A stretch of DNA of 64,000 bases from positions 448,001 to 512,000 of the forward strand of contig OZ244717.1 in the NCBI GenBank assembly GCA_965218975.1, written 5' to 3'. The notes under the pieces were generated by a model that had not been told where the DNA came from, did not search any database, and saw only the letters and a program-made list of their open reading frames with translations. A program made the position numbers and the translations under genes. Of this stretch, positions 33,963 to 44,930 are shown piece after piece. The DNA comes from Candidatus Oxydemutatoraceae bacterium. GTDB taxonomy: Bacteria > Pseudomonadota > Gammaproteobacteria > Poriferisulfidales > Oxydemutatoraceae. Within the stretch, counting starts at the first letter, position 1. Each line of letters opens with the position of its first letter.

Positions 33963-35207
33963 ATGATGCTGATAGATAGGCAAGACGGGAAAGGGTTGCG
34001 ATTGGAGAGTGTCCCGTTGTATACGATTGCCGACCGTTTCGGCACTCCGACATACGTCTATTCCGGCGCAACATTCGAGCAAAACTGGCGCGCATTCGAT
34101 AGCGCATTATATGGGCGAGCGCATTCGGTTTGTTATGCGGTGAAAGCGTGTTCAAACATTGCATTACTACAGCTATTGGCAAAACTTGGCAGCGGTTTCG
34201 ACATTGTTTCCGGCGGTGAATTGGAGCGAGTGCGGCGTGTCGGCGGCGATCTCAACAAAGTGGTTTTTTCGGGAGTCGGCAAGTTGCCGCATGAAATTGA
34301 AAATGCGTTACGTTCAAATATTCGTTGTTTAAATGTGGAGTCATCCGCTGAATTAAAAGCTGTCGAGCAAACGGCGGAGCGGCTAGGAGGTGTCGCACCG
34401 GTTGCCTTGCGAATTAATCCCGATGTCGCTATCGATACGCACCGCTATATTGCGACCGGCTTCGGTGAAAGTAAGTTCGGGGTGTCGCCGGGGCAGGCTC
34501 GAGATATGTATCGCCGGATTGCCGGTAGCAACGTATTGCAAGCGGTCGGTATCGGTTGCCACATCGGTTCGCAGATCACCACAACCGAACCGTTCGCTCA
34601 AGCGGCTAAATTATTGATTGAACTTGCCGATGAATTGGTTGCGGACGGACTTCCTCTGCAACACATTGATTTTGGCGGCGGATTCGCAGCAGGCGATGGT
34701 ACATTAAGTGCGCATGAGTATATGCAAGTGTTGACGGATGCAATCGGCGACCGCCCATGGGAAGTACTGATTGAGCCGGGACGTTCGATCAGCGGCACGG
34801 CCGGGCTATTGTTGACGCAAGTGATCTATTTGAAGAAGAACGGACGGAAAAAATTTGCGGTGGTGGACGCAGCCATGAACGACTTAATTCGTCCGGCGTT
34901 GTATCAAGCAAAGCACTCATTAGTAGAAGTTCGCGAGCATATCGGACTTGCTCACGACGAGTGGGACATTGTCGGGGCGGTGTGCGAAAGCGGCGACTTT
35001 ATCGCACATGATTGCCGGTTGAGAATTAAGGAAGGTGATTTGCTTGCAGTGTTAACAGCGGGCGCATACGGATTTTCTATGGCGGGCAACTACAATTCAA
35101 GGCCGCGTGCTGCCGAAGTATTGGTTGACGGCGAACAATTTCATTTGATCCGCACCCGTGAAACAGTAACCGATTTAATGGCGAACGAATTTCTGCTTGA
35201 CGAATGA
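33963..35207 (+). CDS. lysA: Diaminopimelate decarboxylase
   Basis: YAVKAC, FDIVSGGEL, SKFG, CHIGSQ, EPGRS, CESGD, YNSRPRAAEV. Confidence 0.95.
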   Translation: MMLIDRQDGKGLRLESVPLYTIADRFGTPTYVYSGATFEQNWRAFDSALYGRAHSVCYAVKACSNIALLQLLAKLGSGFDIVSGGELERVRRVGGDLNKVVFSGVGKLPHEIENALRSNIRCLNVESSAELKAVEQTAERLGGVAPVALRINPDVAIDTHRYIATGFGESKFGVSPGQARDMYRRIAGSNVLQAVGIGCHIGSQITTTEPFAQAAKLLIELADELVADGLPLQHIDFGGGFAAGDGTLSAHEYMQVLTDAIGDRPWEVLIEPGRSISGTAGLLLTQVIYLKKNGRKKFAVVDAAMNDLIRPALYQAKHSLVEVREHIGLAHDEWDIVGAVCESGDFIAHDCRLRIKEGDLLAVLTAGAYGFSMAGNYNSRPRAAEVLVDGEQFHLIRTRETVTDLMANEFLLDE

Positions 35208-35226
35208 ACCCGTAATTAAGGATGAT

Positions 35227-35550
35227 TTAATCGGCAGTAAAAGTCGTTTGCGAAATGTTGCCGGATGTGTCGATATCGACTCGGGTTACTTGCGGCATTC
35301 GTTTTAGAATATAAGCGGCGGCAAGCTCCGCTAGCGAGTGATTTTCTTGAAGGATAGCTGTTAGTATGCGATCGGCGGCAATCTGACAACGTTGCAGGGT
35401 ATTCGGGCACTCAACCCACCGCCGGCTCATTTGCCGACCGCGATTTAGATTGCGGTCGATATCGGAGAAGAAATCTTCCGCCTCCTCAAGCAAGGTATCG
35501 GTGACTTCAATCCGATAAAGCGACCCATCAATGGCGACTGTTAATAGCAA
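35227..35550 (-). CDS. Hypothetical protein
   Basis: Compact, protein-like ORF co-oriented with the next gene. Confidence 0.65.
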   Translation of the reverse strand: MLLTVAIDGSLYRIEVTDTLLEEAEDFFSDIDRNLNRGRQMSRRWVECPNTLQRCQIAADRILTAILQENHSLAELAAAYILKRMPQVTRVDIDTSGNISQTTFTAD

Positions 35551-35643
35551 GCTTGTTTTTGACCGGCCGAAACAACTTTTATCTATGTCCGATACTGAGA
35601 CTATGGTTGAAGGGAAGCGGCTGTTTTCAGATTAAAGCGTAGA

Positions 35644-35844
35644 TTAACGTTTTGAACCGATTTCTTTGTGTGCGTCTTCGATGATTTCCATTGCGATTTT
35701 CATACAATCCTCACGATATCCGGCGAGCACAGACTCATCCTCAGGTGTGAAGTAATCTTTCATAGAAACCCCTGCCTCGTGCTCTTTCAAAATGAATTTT
35801 TTTTGCATTTCTATCAGTCTTTTAATTTTTTCCTGCTTAGTCAT
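35644..35844 (-). CDS. Small hypothetical protein
   Basis: 66-aa charged helical ORF with upstream AAGG. Confidence 0.65.
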   Translation of the reverse strand: MTKQEKIKRLIEMQKKFILKEHEAGVSMKDYFTPEDESVLAGYREDCMKIAMEIIEDAHKEIGSKR

Positions 35845-36021
35845 TTCTTCACCTTACAAGTACCTGAATTGATCCGTTGATTAAGGACGTTTAGCGCATT
35901 GTCGGTTGTAAGACTAACCGAAGTAACCGAACATTTCCAATATTCCTGATTAGATAGCGCATGATTACAGGTATGTCGTCCCGCGCGACGGATAAGATAT
36001 AATAGCGTCTTTTATTTCAGC

Positions 36022-36098
36022 GGGCGTGTAGCTCAGTTGGTTAGAGCACCGTCTTCACATGGCGGGGGTCGCTGGTTCGAGTCCGGCCATGCCCACCA
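36022..36098 (+). tRNA. tRNA-Val (CAC)
   Basis: GGGCGTG/CATGCCC acceptor stem, TAGCTCAG D arm, loop TTCACAT, GGTTCGAGTCC, encoded CCA. Confidence 0.95.
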
Positions 36099-36216
36099 CA
36101 ACCTAAGCTTCTCGGCTTTCGAGAACTAACCCGTGGACGGCACAGAGTGCCGCCCGCTGATTTTGCGGCGTACGTCTTGTGAGAATGATAAGCCGAATTC
36201 TTTTGATACGAAACAG

Positions 36217-36470
36217 CTAATCAACCCCATCCACAAACGTTTCAACAAACGCTTTAATCCGGTCAATAATACGTTCTGTGATTATACGGCGCTCCTTAAT
36301 CTTCGGGCGTATATACATGATGTCAATCACGTCATCTCGCAACGGCGTCTTCTCCGTGAACAGATAATCATCAATCACTTCCCGCAACCTGTTAACGTCT
36401 AGCCCTTCATCCTCGCTTAAAGCCTGAATGGCCTTGTGCTTTTCTTCAGTCCAGTAGCCTTCAAAAGCGA
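36217..36470 (-). pseudogene. C-terminal fragment resembling type I restriction subunit HsdR
   Basis: EGLDVNRLREVIDDYLF...RPKIKERR...RIIDRIKAFVETF resembles EcoR124I-type C-termini; cut off by an IS end at 36471. Confidence 0.6.
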
Positions 36471-36568
36471 TGTATAGTGCCAGATACATATGGGACTCAC
36501 GGCACGACTCGAAAAGGTGACCGATATGCAATATCAGCATATCGGCCACCGCATCAAATGTTTCTGAG
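36471..36568 (+). mobile_element. Solo IS481 left end (about 100 bp)
   Basis: TGTATAGTGCCAGATACAT..., near reverse complement of 38770-38862. Confidence 0.8.
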
Positions 36569-37135
36569 CTTATGCACATGCTATCGGCAAGATGGGATGG
36601 ATTGACAAACTCTTTGATGCTGTCAAAGGGGGCAATGGATAACCCATCCGACAACTCGATTTCCTGATCTAGACGTAATCCACGAAAAACGGAAATATGG
36701 TAACCGGTGAACCGACGTCTTTCCTCCGGTGCCAGAAATTCTTCCAGTCTTGATGCTACATCATTGAGGTCTTTACCCTTCGTGCAACTCATTAGCCCCG
36801 CAACGATATCGGTCAAACTTACGCACGCACCCACATTTTCGATGTGAACATTAAGTTCATCTGTTTTGGACGAGGACTCCAAGACGTGTTTTAGGACAGG
36901 GTGTTCGCGCAGGACCTTTTTAACCGCATTCAATGCCAAGAAAAGAGGTCCGTAGTGAGTCCTATAGTAAAGAGACTCTTTGTTGGCACGCATTATTATA
37001 TATAGAATAACGACGGCTGGAAAAAGGGTGTACGATGCCACCCTAAATGGGATTTTTGAAGGGCTTCGGGGGAAACGTTCGGCAGTAACATTCGGATCGG
37101 TGCTTTCTGTCCGTTGTCGGCATGAGGACGGTGCA

Positions 37136-37331
37136 GGGTGAGACGCGTCCGGAAAACCGATCGGTTTTCAGCGGCGAACGACCCGACAAGGATGTCGGGG
37201 CTGGAGATCATTGACAGAACCAAGTCTCGTCATGGGTGAGACGCGCCCGGAAAACCAATTGGTTTTCAGCGGTGAACGACCCGACAAGGATGTCGGGGCT
37301 GGCGCTCATTGACAGAACCAAGTCGCGTCAT
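37136..37331 (+). repeat. Tandem array, 2 x 98 bp
   Basis: Units start at 37136 and 37234; tail to about 37404. Confidence 0.95.
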
Positions 37332-37606
37332 GGATGACAGGCACTTTGCCGACAATCCGGCACAATCCGCCGACAACACGCCAACAAACACAAAACGGTT
37401 TCATAACCGGTCATTGAATGCTTCCGTATCGGCGAATAGCAGGTCTTCCGCATGATCGATACAATCTTCTTGGACGGTGCGGTTGAAGCGCACGATGTGC
37501 GCGTTCATTTTTGGACACTTGGGATAGGTCAGCCACTGTTCAATCACGGATGATTTCCGGATGAGCCGGGCAAACTGTCCTTGAAACTCGCTCCTGCCGT
37601 CCGTCA

Positions 37607-37900
37607 GGGTGAGACGCGCCCGGAAAACCGATCGGTTTTCAGCGGCGAACAACTCGACAAGGACGTCGGGGCTGGCGCTCATTGACAGAACCAAGTCTCG
37701 TCATGGGTGAGACGCGCCCGGAAAACCAATTGGTTTTCAGCGGCGAACGATCCGACAAGGATGTCGGGGCTGGGGCTTGTTGACAGAACCCAGTCGCGTC
37801 ATGGGTGAGACGCGCCCGGAAAACCAATTGGTTTTCAGCGGTGAACGACCCGACAAGGATGTCGGGGCTGGGGCTTGTTGACAGAACCCAGTCGCGTCAT
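37607..37900 (+). repeat. Tandem array, 3 x 98 bp
   Basis: Units start at 37607, 37705, 37803; tail to about 37926. Confidence 0.95.
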
Positions 37901-38236
37901 GGATGACAGGCACTTTGCCGAAATTCTGCCAGGCGCAGGAATGCGGCTGTGTTGCGGCTGTTACAGCGGTTGGTTGCCACTGCTATTGCCATTCGGGTAT
38001 AGATATTGATGGCCGTTAAGACGTAGCGGCGCACTCCGTGCTGATAACGCACAATCGTATCCAGGGCGATACAATGCCCCCGGATACTGTGCTTTGAAGT
38101 GTTTCGGCTTGCGTGCCCTGCAACGGCGCTTAAACGGTCGTTTTGTTTGTCCTTTGGCATTCAGCCGCTGCGGAATACAGCGCATTTTATCCGGCGCATC
38201 TGCGATCAGGCGCGCAATCGTGCGGACACTCGGGCA

Positions 38237-38530
38237 GGGTGAGACGCGCCCGGAAAACCAATTGGTTTTCAGCGGCGAACGATCCGACAAGGATGTCGGG
38301 GCTGGGGCTTGTTGACAGAACCAAGTCGCGTCATGGGTGAGACGCGCCCGGAAAACCGATCGGTTTTCAGCGGCGAACGACTCGACAAGGACGTCGGGGC
38401 TGGCTCTCATTGACAGAACCAAGTCTCGTCATGGGGGAGACGCGCCCGGAAAACCAATTGGTTTTCAGCGGCGAACGACCCGACAAGGATGTCGGGGCTG
38501 GGGCTTGTTGACAGAACCAAGTCTCGTCAT
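38237..38530 (+). repeat. Tandem array, 3 x 98 bp
   Basis: Units start at 38237, 38335, 38433; tail to about 38558. Confidence 0.95.
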
Positions 38531-39144
38531 GGACGACAGGCACTTTGCTGACAATCCGCTGGCGCCTCTTACGCGGCGCTTTGCCGCGATCATGTAAGGC
38601 GCTGAGGCCAGTGTGGCGATAACGCCGACGCCAGCGGTACAAAGTACTGCGACCGATCTTGAATGCGTTCGGGAGTTACAACCCTCCCAAAATAATAGGG
38701 CATCATATTTCTGTTGAGCCGTTGTGTTCATAATAACCTCTATTTTTGAAGCAAAATTGGCTCATATAGAAACCTTTGATGCGGTGGCCGATGTACTGAT
38801 ATTGCATATCGGTTACCTTTTTGAGTCGTGCCGTGAATCCCACATGTATCTGGCACTGTACAAAGGGTCGGAAAACGTTGCTCGTCGCTTAGCGAGTTCG
38901 CCCACCCCTATTTTAATGATATCTAGCTCAGAGATGTAATCCATTTCAGTCTCTGCCAGCGAAGAAAGAGATTGAGCCAAACGTTTAACCCAATCGGATG
39001 CCGAAAAATGATGCTGTACCATAGTTAAGAACTTATCCTATTACATCTGATTGCGTCAATGTCTTAGATGTTAAGGATATGTAGTATAGCCAAGTCGCTA
39101 TCCAACAACACAGCGTGTAATATGCGACGAATCCGTACAAATTC

Positions 39145-39170
39145 CTTGACTTTAGTTAAAGTGCCCATAT
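39145..39170 (+). promoter_or_regulatory. Putative sigma32 promoter of groESL
   Basis: CTTGAC-13 bp-CCCATAT, close to the CTTGAA...CCCCAT consensus. Confidence 0.65.
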
Positions 39171-39250
39171 TATTGTATGCACGATGGAAGCGCCAAAGGT
39201 GCTTTATCTCGTTAAATCACTGATTCGTAAACAAACGTTAGGAGTATTAT

Positions 39251-39538
39251 ATGAAACTTCGTCCCTTATATGACCGTGTAGTCGTTAGGCGTATGGAAGA
39301 GGAGCGGACAAGTCCCGGCGGTATCGTGATACCGGACAACGCCACCGAGAAACCCATGCGTGGTGAAATTATCTCACTAGGAACCGGCAAACTGATGGAT
39401 AATGGGGAAGTCCGCCCGCCCGCTATTAAAGCAGGCGATATAGTTCTGTTTGGGAAATATTCCGGAACAGAAGTCAAAATTGATGATCAAGAACTGGTTG
39501 TAATGCGTGAAGACGACATTATGGCAGTGATTGAGTAA
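39251..39538 (+). CDS. groES: Co-chaperonin GroES
   Basis: [35 protein letters not shown]. Confidence 0.97.
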   Translation: MKLRPLYDRVVVRRMEEERTSPGGIVIPDNATEKPMRGEIISLGTGKLMDNGEVRPPAIKAGDIVLFGKYSGTEVKIDDQELVVMREDDIMAVIE

Positions 39539-39573
39539 CTAAGAAGTAACTTTAAATTAAATAGGGAAATTAA

Positions 39574-41229
<1,656 letters not shown>

Positions 41230-41343
41230 GCAGCCTAGATGCTACATCTACCGCTGAGTTGAGTGTTTCGACCGGAACCGACGACAGTCGTTGCCGATGG
41301 TGTCCGACTGGCCGCAAGGTTCAGTATGAGCAGGATAGGGATA

Positions 41344-41385
41344 CGGGGTATTTAGAGGCAATTCGATATTGCTTCTAATACCCCG
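41344..41385. terminator. Strong hairpin between convergent groEL and fxsA
   Basis: CGGGGTATT(T)AGAGGCAAT...ATTGCTTCTAATACCCCG; no clear U-tract. Confidence 0.4.
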
Positions 41386-41685
41386 GTGAAAAAGAAATCG
41401 GAGATGCGGTAGAGGTTCTCTAACAAAGTGTCGGATAGGTCTGCTAAATACACTTTTTCTCGTCCGATACGTCTTACATACATAAAATCCGCATTCGTAT
41501 CAGCAGTTTGTAAAAACGTAGCCCGGCACACACTGCCTTTGGTTCATTGCAAAGTGCGCACGGCGAATGAGCGAATATCAACTCGTTCGGAGCAAGCATT
41601 GCGGTGCAAAGCGCGGGCTTTTTGCGGAGACGGTTTAGATTTTTTCGTTTAAAAATGAATCCGTCCGCGTTATTGATAATAACTT

Positions 41686-42114
41686 TCAATCATTGTCGTC
41701 ATGTCGACGAAAAGTGCCCTCGATGTCGCGTCCTTTGCGACCGCTTTCTCGGGTAAACTCACGATCGAGATCGAGACCGTTTTTTACCATAAGGCGAATC
41801 AACCACATTCGACTGATCCGTAATAAACATAGAAACCCGATCAAGTCGGTTATAAAGCCGGGCACCAATAGCAATCCTCCGCCGATCAGCAGTAACAATC
41901 TTTCCAATAGCTCAAAAGCCAACAGTTCGCCGCGTGCTTGCACGGCTTGAAAGTGCATAAATGTATCAAGCCCTTGCGCCTTTAACATGCCGATGCCGAT
42001 TATGGCGGTTAAGAGAACCAAAAAAATCGTTGCCCAAACGCCTATCATTGAGCCGACCTCAATTAAGACAACGATTTCTATCAGCGGTGCAAGGATTAGC
42101 AGGAAAATTAACAT
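41686..42114 (-). CDS. fxsA: FxsA family membrane protein
   Basis: PLIEIVVLIEVG, GGLLLVPGFITDLIG. Confidence 0.9.
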   Translation of the reverse strand: MLIFLLILAPLIEIVVLIEVGSMIGVWATIFLVLLTAIIGIGMLKAQGLDTFMHFQAVQARGELLAFELLERLLLLIGGGLLLVPGFITDLIGFLCLLRISRMWLIRLMVKNGLDLDREFTRESGRKGRDIEGTFRRHDDND

Positions 42115-42192
42115 AGCATGAAAGCGCCTAATAACGAATAGTGATAGCGTTATATAATAATGCAGTTAGATCAACTTTTCAGGAAAAGACTT

Positions 42193-42525
42193 ATGCCGAA
42201 GGAGTCATTGTTACTTGTCCAAACAAGCTTGCCCGATGATGCGGCGGCGGCAAAGCTTGCCGCCGCGTTGATTGAAAAGCGCCTTGCTGCTTGTGCGCAA
42301 ATTGCCGGACCGGTTGAGTCGGTATATCGTTGGCAGGGTGCGGTTGAAAAACAACGGGAATTTCTATTGACGGTAAAGACCTGCCGGGAAAATTGTCAAC
42401 ATGTGATGACTTTTCTTATTAAACATCATCCTTATACCACTCCCGAAGTCATTGCAATCCCTATTGGCATGGTGAACGACGCCTATCTGAATTGGGCAAT
42501 AGGCGAATGCGGTTCATCTCAGTAA
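42193..42525 (+). CDS. cutA: Divalent-cation tolerance protein CutA
   Basis: RLAACAQI, SVYRWQG, HHPYTTPEV. Confidence 0.92.
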   Translation: MPKESLLLVQTSLPDDAAAAKLAAALIEKRLAACAQIAGPVESVYRWQGAVEKQREFLLTVKTCRENCQHVMTFLIKHHPYTTPEVIAIPIGMVNDAYLNWAIGECGSSQ

Positions 42526-42533
42526 GGAACGTA

Positions 42534-44345
42534 ATGAGACGCCCGGCAATATATCTGTCCAATGCGATTACCGCTTTAGTATTTGCAACATTTCTGAGCG
42601 GATTTCTGCCCGCAGTACAAGCGGTTTCTCCGTTGGAATCTTTGCTTGATGCTCATCAGGAGGACCCTTTACCGCCTGATGAAGCTTTTCAATTGCAGCT
42701 AAGCCGCTCTGCCGAAAATAAAGGCTACATTGCGCAATGGACGATTGCCGACGGTTATTATCTGTACCGCGAAAAGATGAATATTAGCGCTGCCGGACAG
42801 CTTGCGGTAATGGACAAGCCGATAGGAAATACGATTACCGATGAGTTTTTTGGCACCACTCAGATTTTTCGACATCAAGTGCAAGTGCCGTTTCGGTTGA
42901 CTGCCATCAATGAAACGATTGAGGTGCGCTACCAAGGCTGCGCCGATTTGGGTATTTGTTATCCGCCGATCGTCAAGCAGATTGCTTACTCAGACATTGT
43001 CGCCGTGACGTCGAACGGATTATCGCCGCCGTTTTCAGCATTACCCGCTTCCGAACAGACGCAAATTGCCGAACGGATCAGCGGGCAATCTCTATTTCTA
43101 ATCGTTATCGGGTTTCTCGGAGCGGGTTTGCTATTGGCATTTACGCCGTGCGTTTTACCGATGGTGCCGATCGTTTCAGGCATGATCACTAGCAGCAGAC
43201 ATTTATCGACTTATCGCGCTTTCATGCTGACACTATTTTATGTGCTGGCAATGGCGTTGACGTATGCGGTTGCCGGTGTATTGGTGGGATTGAGCGGCGC
43301 TAATCTGCAAATTTGGGTCCAAACGCCCGCGGTTATCGGCGTATTTGTCGCAATTTTTGTGTTGTTGTCATTATCAATGTTTGGCCTTTACCCTATACGG
43401 ATTCCGGCGGTTATTCAGAACCGTTTCAGTCAGGCCGGTAATGAACAAAAAGGCAGCATGTTTGGCGCGATGATAATGGGAAGCGCGTCGGCGTTGATTG
43501 TCGGACCCTGCGTGACGCCGCCATTGGTCGGCACATTATTATTTATTGCGCAAACCGGCAGCGCGGTTATAGGTGGCGTTGCGTTATTTAGCTTAGGTAT
43601 CGGTATGGGCATCCCATTACTTGCAGTCGGCGCTTCGCTAGGGAAATGGGTGCCTAAGCCAGGCCCTTTGCTCGACCGCATCAATGTGCTGTTCGGAGTA
43701 TTATTACTTGCGGTGGCGATTTGGCTATTGGACCGAGTTATCCCGCCCATAGCGACTCAGCTTCTCGCGGGTATTTTATTGGTATTGGCGGCGATTCACT
43801 TTTTATCAGCCAAGCAAGAACGGGGCGCTGGATTGTACGCTTGGCGCGGACTAGGCACGGCGATGATTATTTATGGCGTGATGTTATTGGCCGGCGTGGC
43901 GGCGGGAGGATCGAGTTTTATTGCACCGCTAAAGCCTTTTGTACAAAACGGTCGGCATATCGAACAGGTCCTCGCATTCACTAGAGTGGAAGATTTTGCC
44001 GAATTACAGCGGCATTTGCATGCGGCGGCACAGACGGGACAACCGGTAATGTTTGATTTTTATGCCGACTGGTGCGTAACTTGCAAGGAAATGGAAGCGT
44101 TCACTTTTAATCAAGCTAAAGTTCAGGAAGCATTAGCGCCTTTTGTCGTATTGCAGGCGGACGTTACACAGAATACTGCTGAAAATCGCTTGCTGCTCAA
44201 ACATTTCGATGTTTTTGGACCGCCTGCGATACTGTTTTTCGATCGCGATGGTCAAGAATTGCGCCAAGCGCGTCTCGTCGGTTTTGTTTCGGCGGAAAAA
44301 TTTATCGCGCACCTCGCACTGCTACAAGCGACTCAAACAAGTTGA
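42534..44345 (+). CDS. dsbD: Thiol:disulfide interchange protein DsbD
   Basis: QGCADLGICYPP, FTPCVLPM, GPCVTPP, FYADWCVTCK. Confidence 0.95.
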   Translation: MRRPAIYLSNAITALVFATFLSGFLPAVQAVSPLESLLDAHQEDPLPPDEAFQLQLSRSAENKGYIAQWTIADGYYLYREKMNISAAGQLAVMDKPIGNTITDEFFGTTQIFRHQVQVPFRLTAINETIEVRYQGCADLGICYPPIVKQIAYSDIVAVTSNGLSPPFSALPASEQTQIAERISGQSLFLIVIGFLGAGLLLAFTPCVLPMVPIVSGMITSSRHLSTYRAFMLTLFYVLAMALTYAVAGVLVGLSGANLQIWVQTPAVIGVFVAIFVLLSLSMFGLYPIRIPAVIQNRFSQAGNEQKGSMFGAMIMGSASALIVGPCVTPPLVGTLLFIAQTGSAVIGGVALFSLGIGMGIPLLAVGASLGKWVPKPGPLLDRINVLFGVLLLAVAIWLLDRVIPPIATQLLAGILLVLAAIHFLSAKQERGAGLYAWRGLGTAMIIYGVMLLAGVAAGGSSFIAPLKPFVQNGRHIEQVLAFTRVEDFAELQRHLHAAAQTGQPVMFDFYADWCVTCKEMEAFTFNQAKVQEALAPFVVLQADVTQNTAENRLLLKHFDVFGPPAILFFDRDGQELRQARLVGFVSAEKFIAHLALLQATQTS

Positions 44346-44902
44346 TGTGGCGTAGTTATACCTTGCTGGGCTTTGCACTAATTGCCGCAATCGGCGCTTT
44401 TTCAGCTTATGTCTTGCGACACTCCGGAATGATACCGTCAGCGCGGGAATCCCAACAAGAAAACGTGATCGGGCAGGTTATGCCGGCTTTCCGGCTAAAT
44501 AATCTTGCCGGAGAAACCATTGCATCAAACACTTGGCAAGGTAAAGTAGCGCTGATTAACTTTTGGGCTTCATGGTGTCCGCCATGCCGTCGTGAAATAC
44601 CTGCTTTTGCAGAAGTGCATGAATTTTATCGGGATCAAGGGTTTGAGGTTATAGGAATCGCAGTTGACCAGCGCGAACCTGTCATTGATTTTCTATCGGG
44701 AATGCCGCAAGTGCGTTATTTACAATTAATTGGGTTTGACGAAGCGATCGCCATCGGTCATCAGTTAGGTAACCAAAGCGGGGGACTGCCGTATAGTATT
44801 GTTGTTGACCGCAAGGGCGTAATTCGCTACGTCAAAAAAGGCGAGTTGAGCAAAAGCGCTTTATTAAATGTAATCGAGCCACTGCTGGGAAAAACCGGCT
44901 AG
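44342..44902 (+). CDS. TlpA-like thioredoxin
   Basis: N-terminal TM segment, INFWASWCPPCRREIP. Confidence 0.88.
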   Translation: MMWRSYTLLGFALIAAIGAFSAYVLRHSGMIPSARESQQENVIGQVMPAFRLNNLAGETIASNTWQGKVALINFWASWCPPCRREIPAFAEVHEFYRDQGFEVIGIAVDQREPVIDFLSGMPQVRYLQLIGFDEAIAIGHQLGNQSGGLPYSIVVDRKGVIRYVKKGELSKSALLNVIEPLLGKTG

Positions 44903-44930
44903 CTAATATCGAAAATATACGGAGCGGGCA

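Larger units (their letters stand above)
37029..38862 (-). mobile_element. Full-span IS481-family element, transposase split by three arrays of the 98-bp element
   Basis: Termini TGTACGATGCCA / TGGCACTGTACA; AAGGG direct repeat on both flanks; collinear transposase blocks. Confidence 0.92.

Noticed and set aside
37136-38530. CRISPR array
   Set aside because: Units are 98 bp and often directly adjacent; intervening DNA is 200-310 bp of collinear transposase; no cas genes.
36996-38731. Recurrent small ORFs (SPDVLVGSFAAENRSVFRARLT, MTRLGSVNE..., MTEPSLVM...) as a protein family
   Set aside because: They are translations of the repeat in shifting frames; 98 is not a multiple of 3 and most frames contain stops, so there is no endless concatemer ORF.
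37029-38862. Integron cassette array with attC sites
   Set aside because: No RYYYAAC/GTTRRRY core sites, no integrase, and the segments are pieces of one gene.
39171-39210. CIRCE element upstream of groES
   Set aside because: No acceptable match to TTAGCACTC-N9-GAGTGCTAA; a sigma32-like promoter explains the region.
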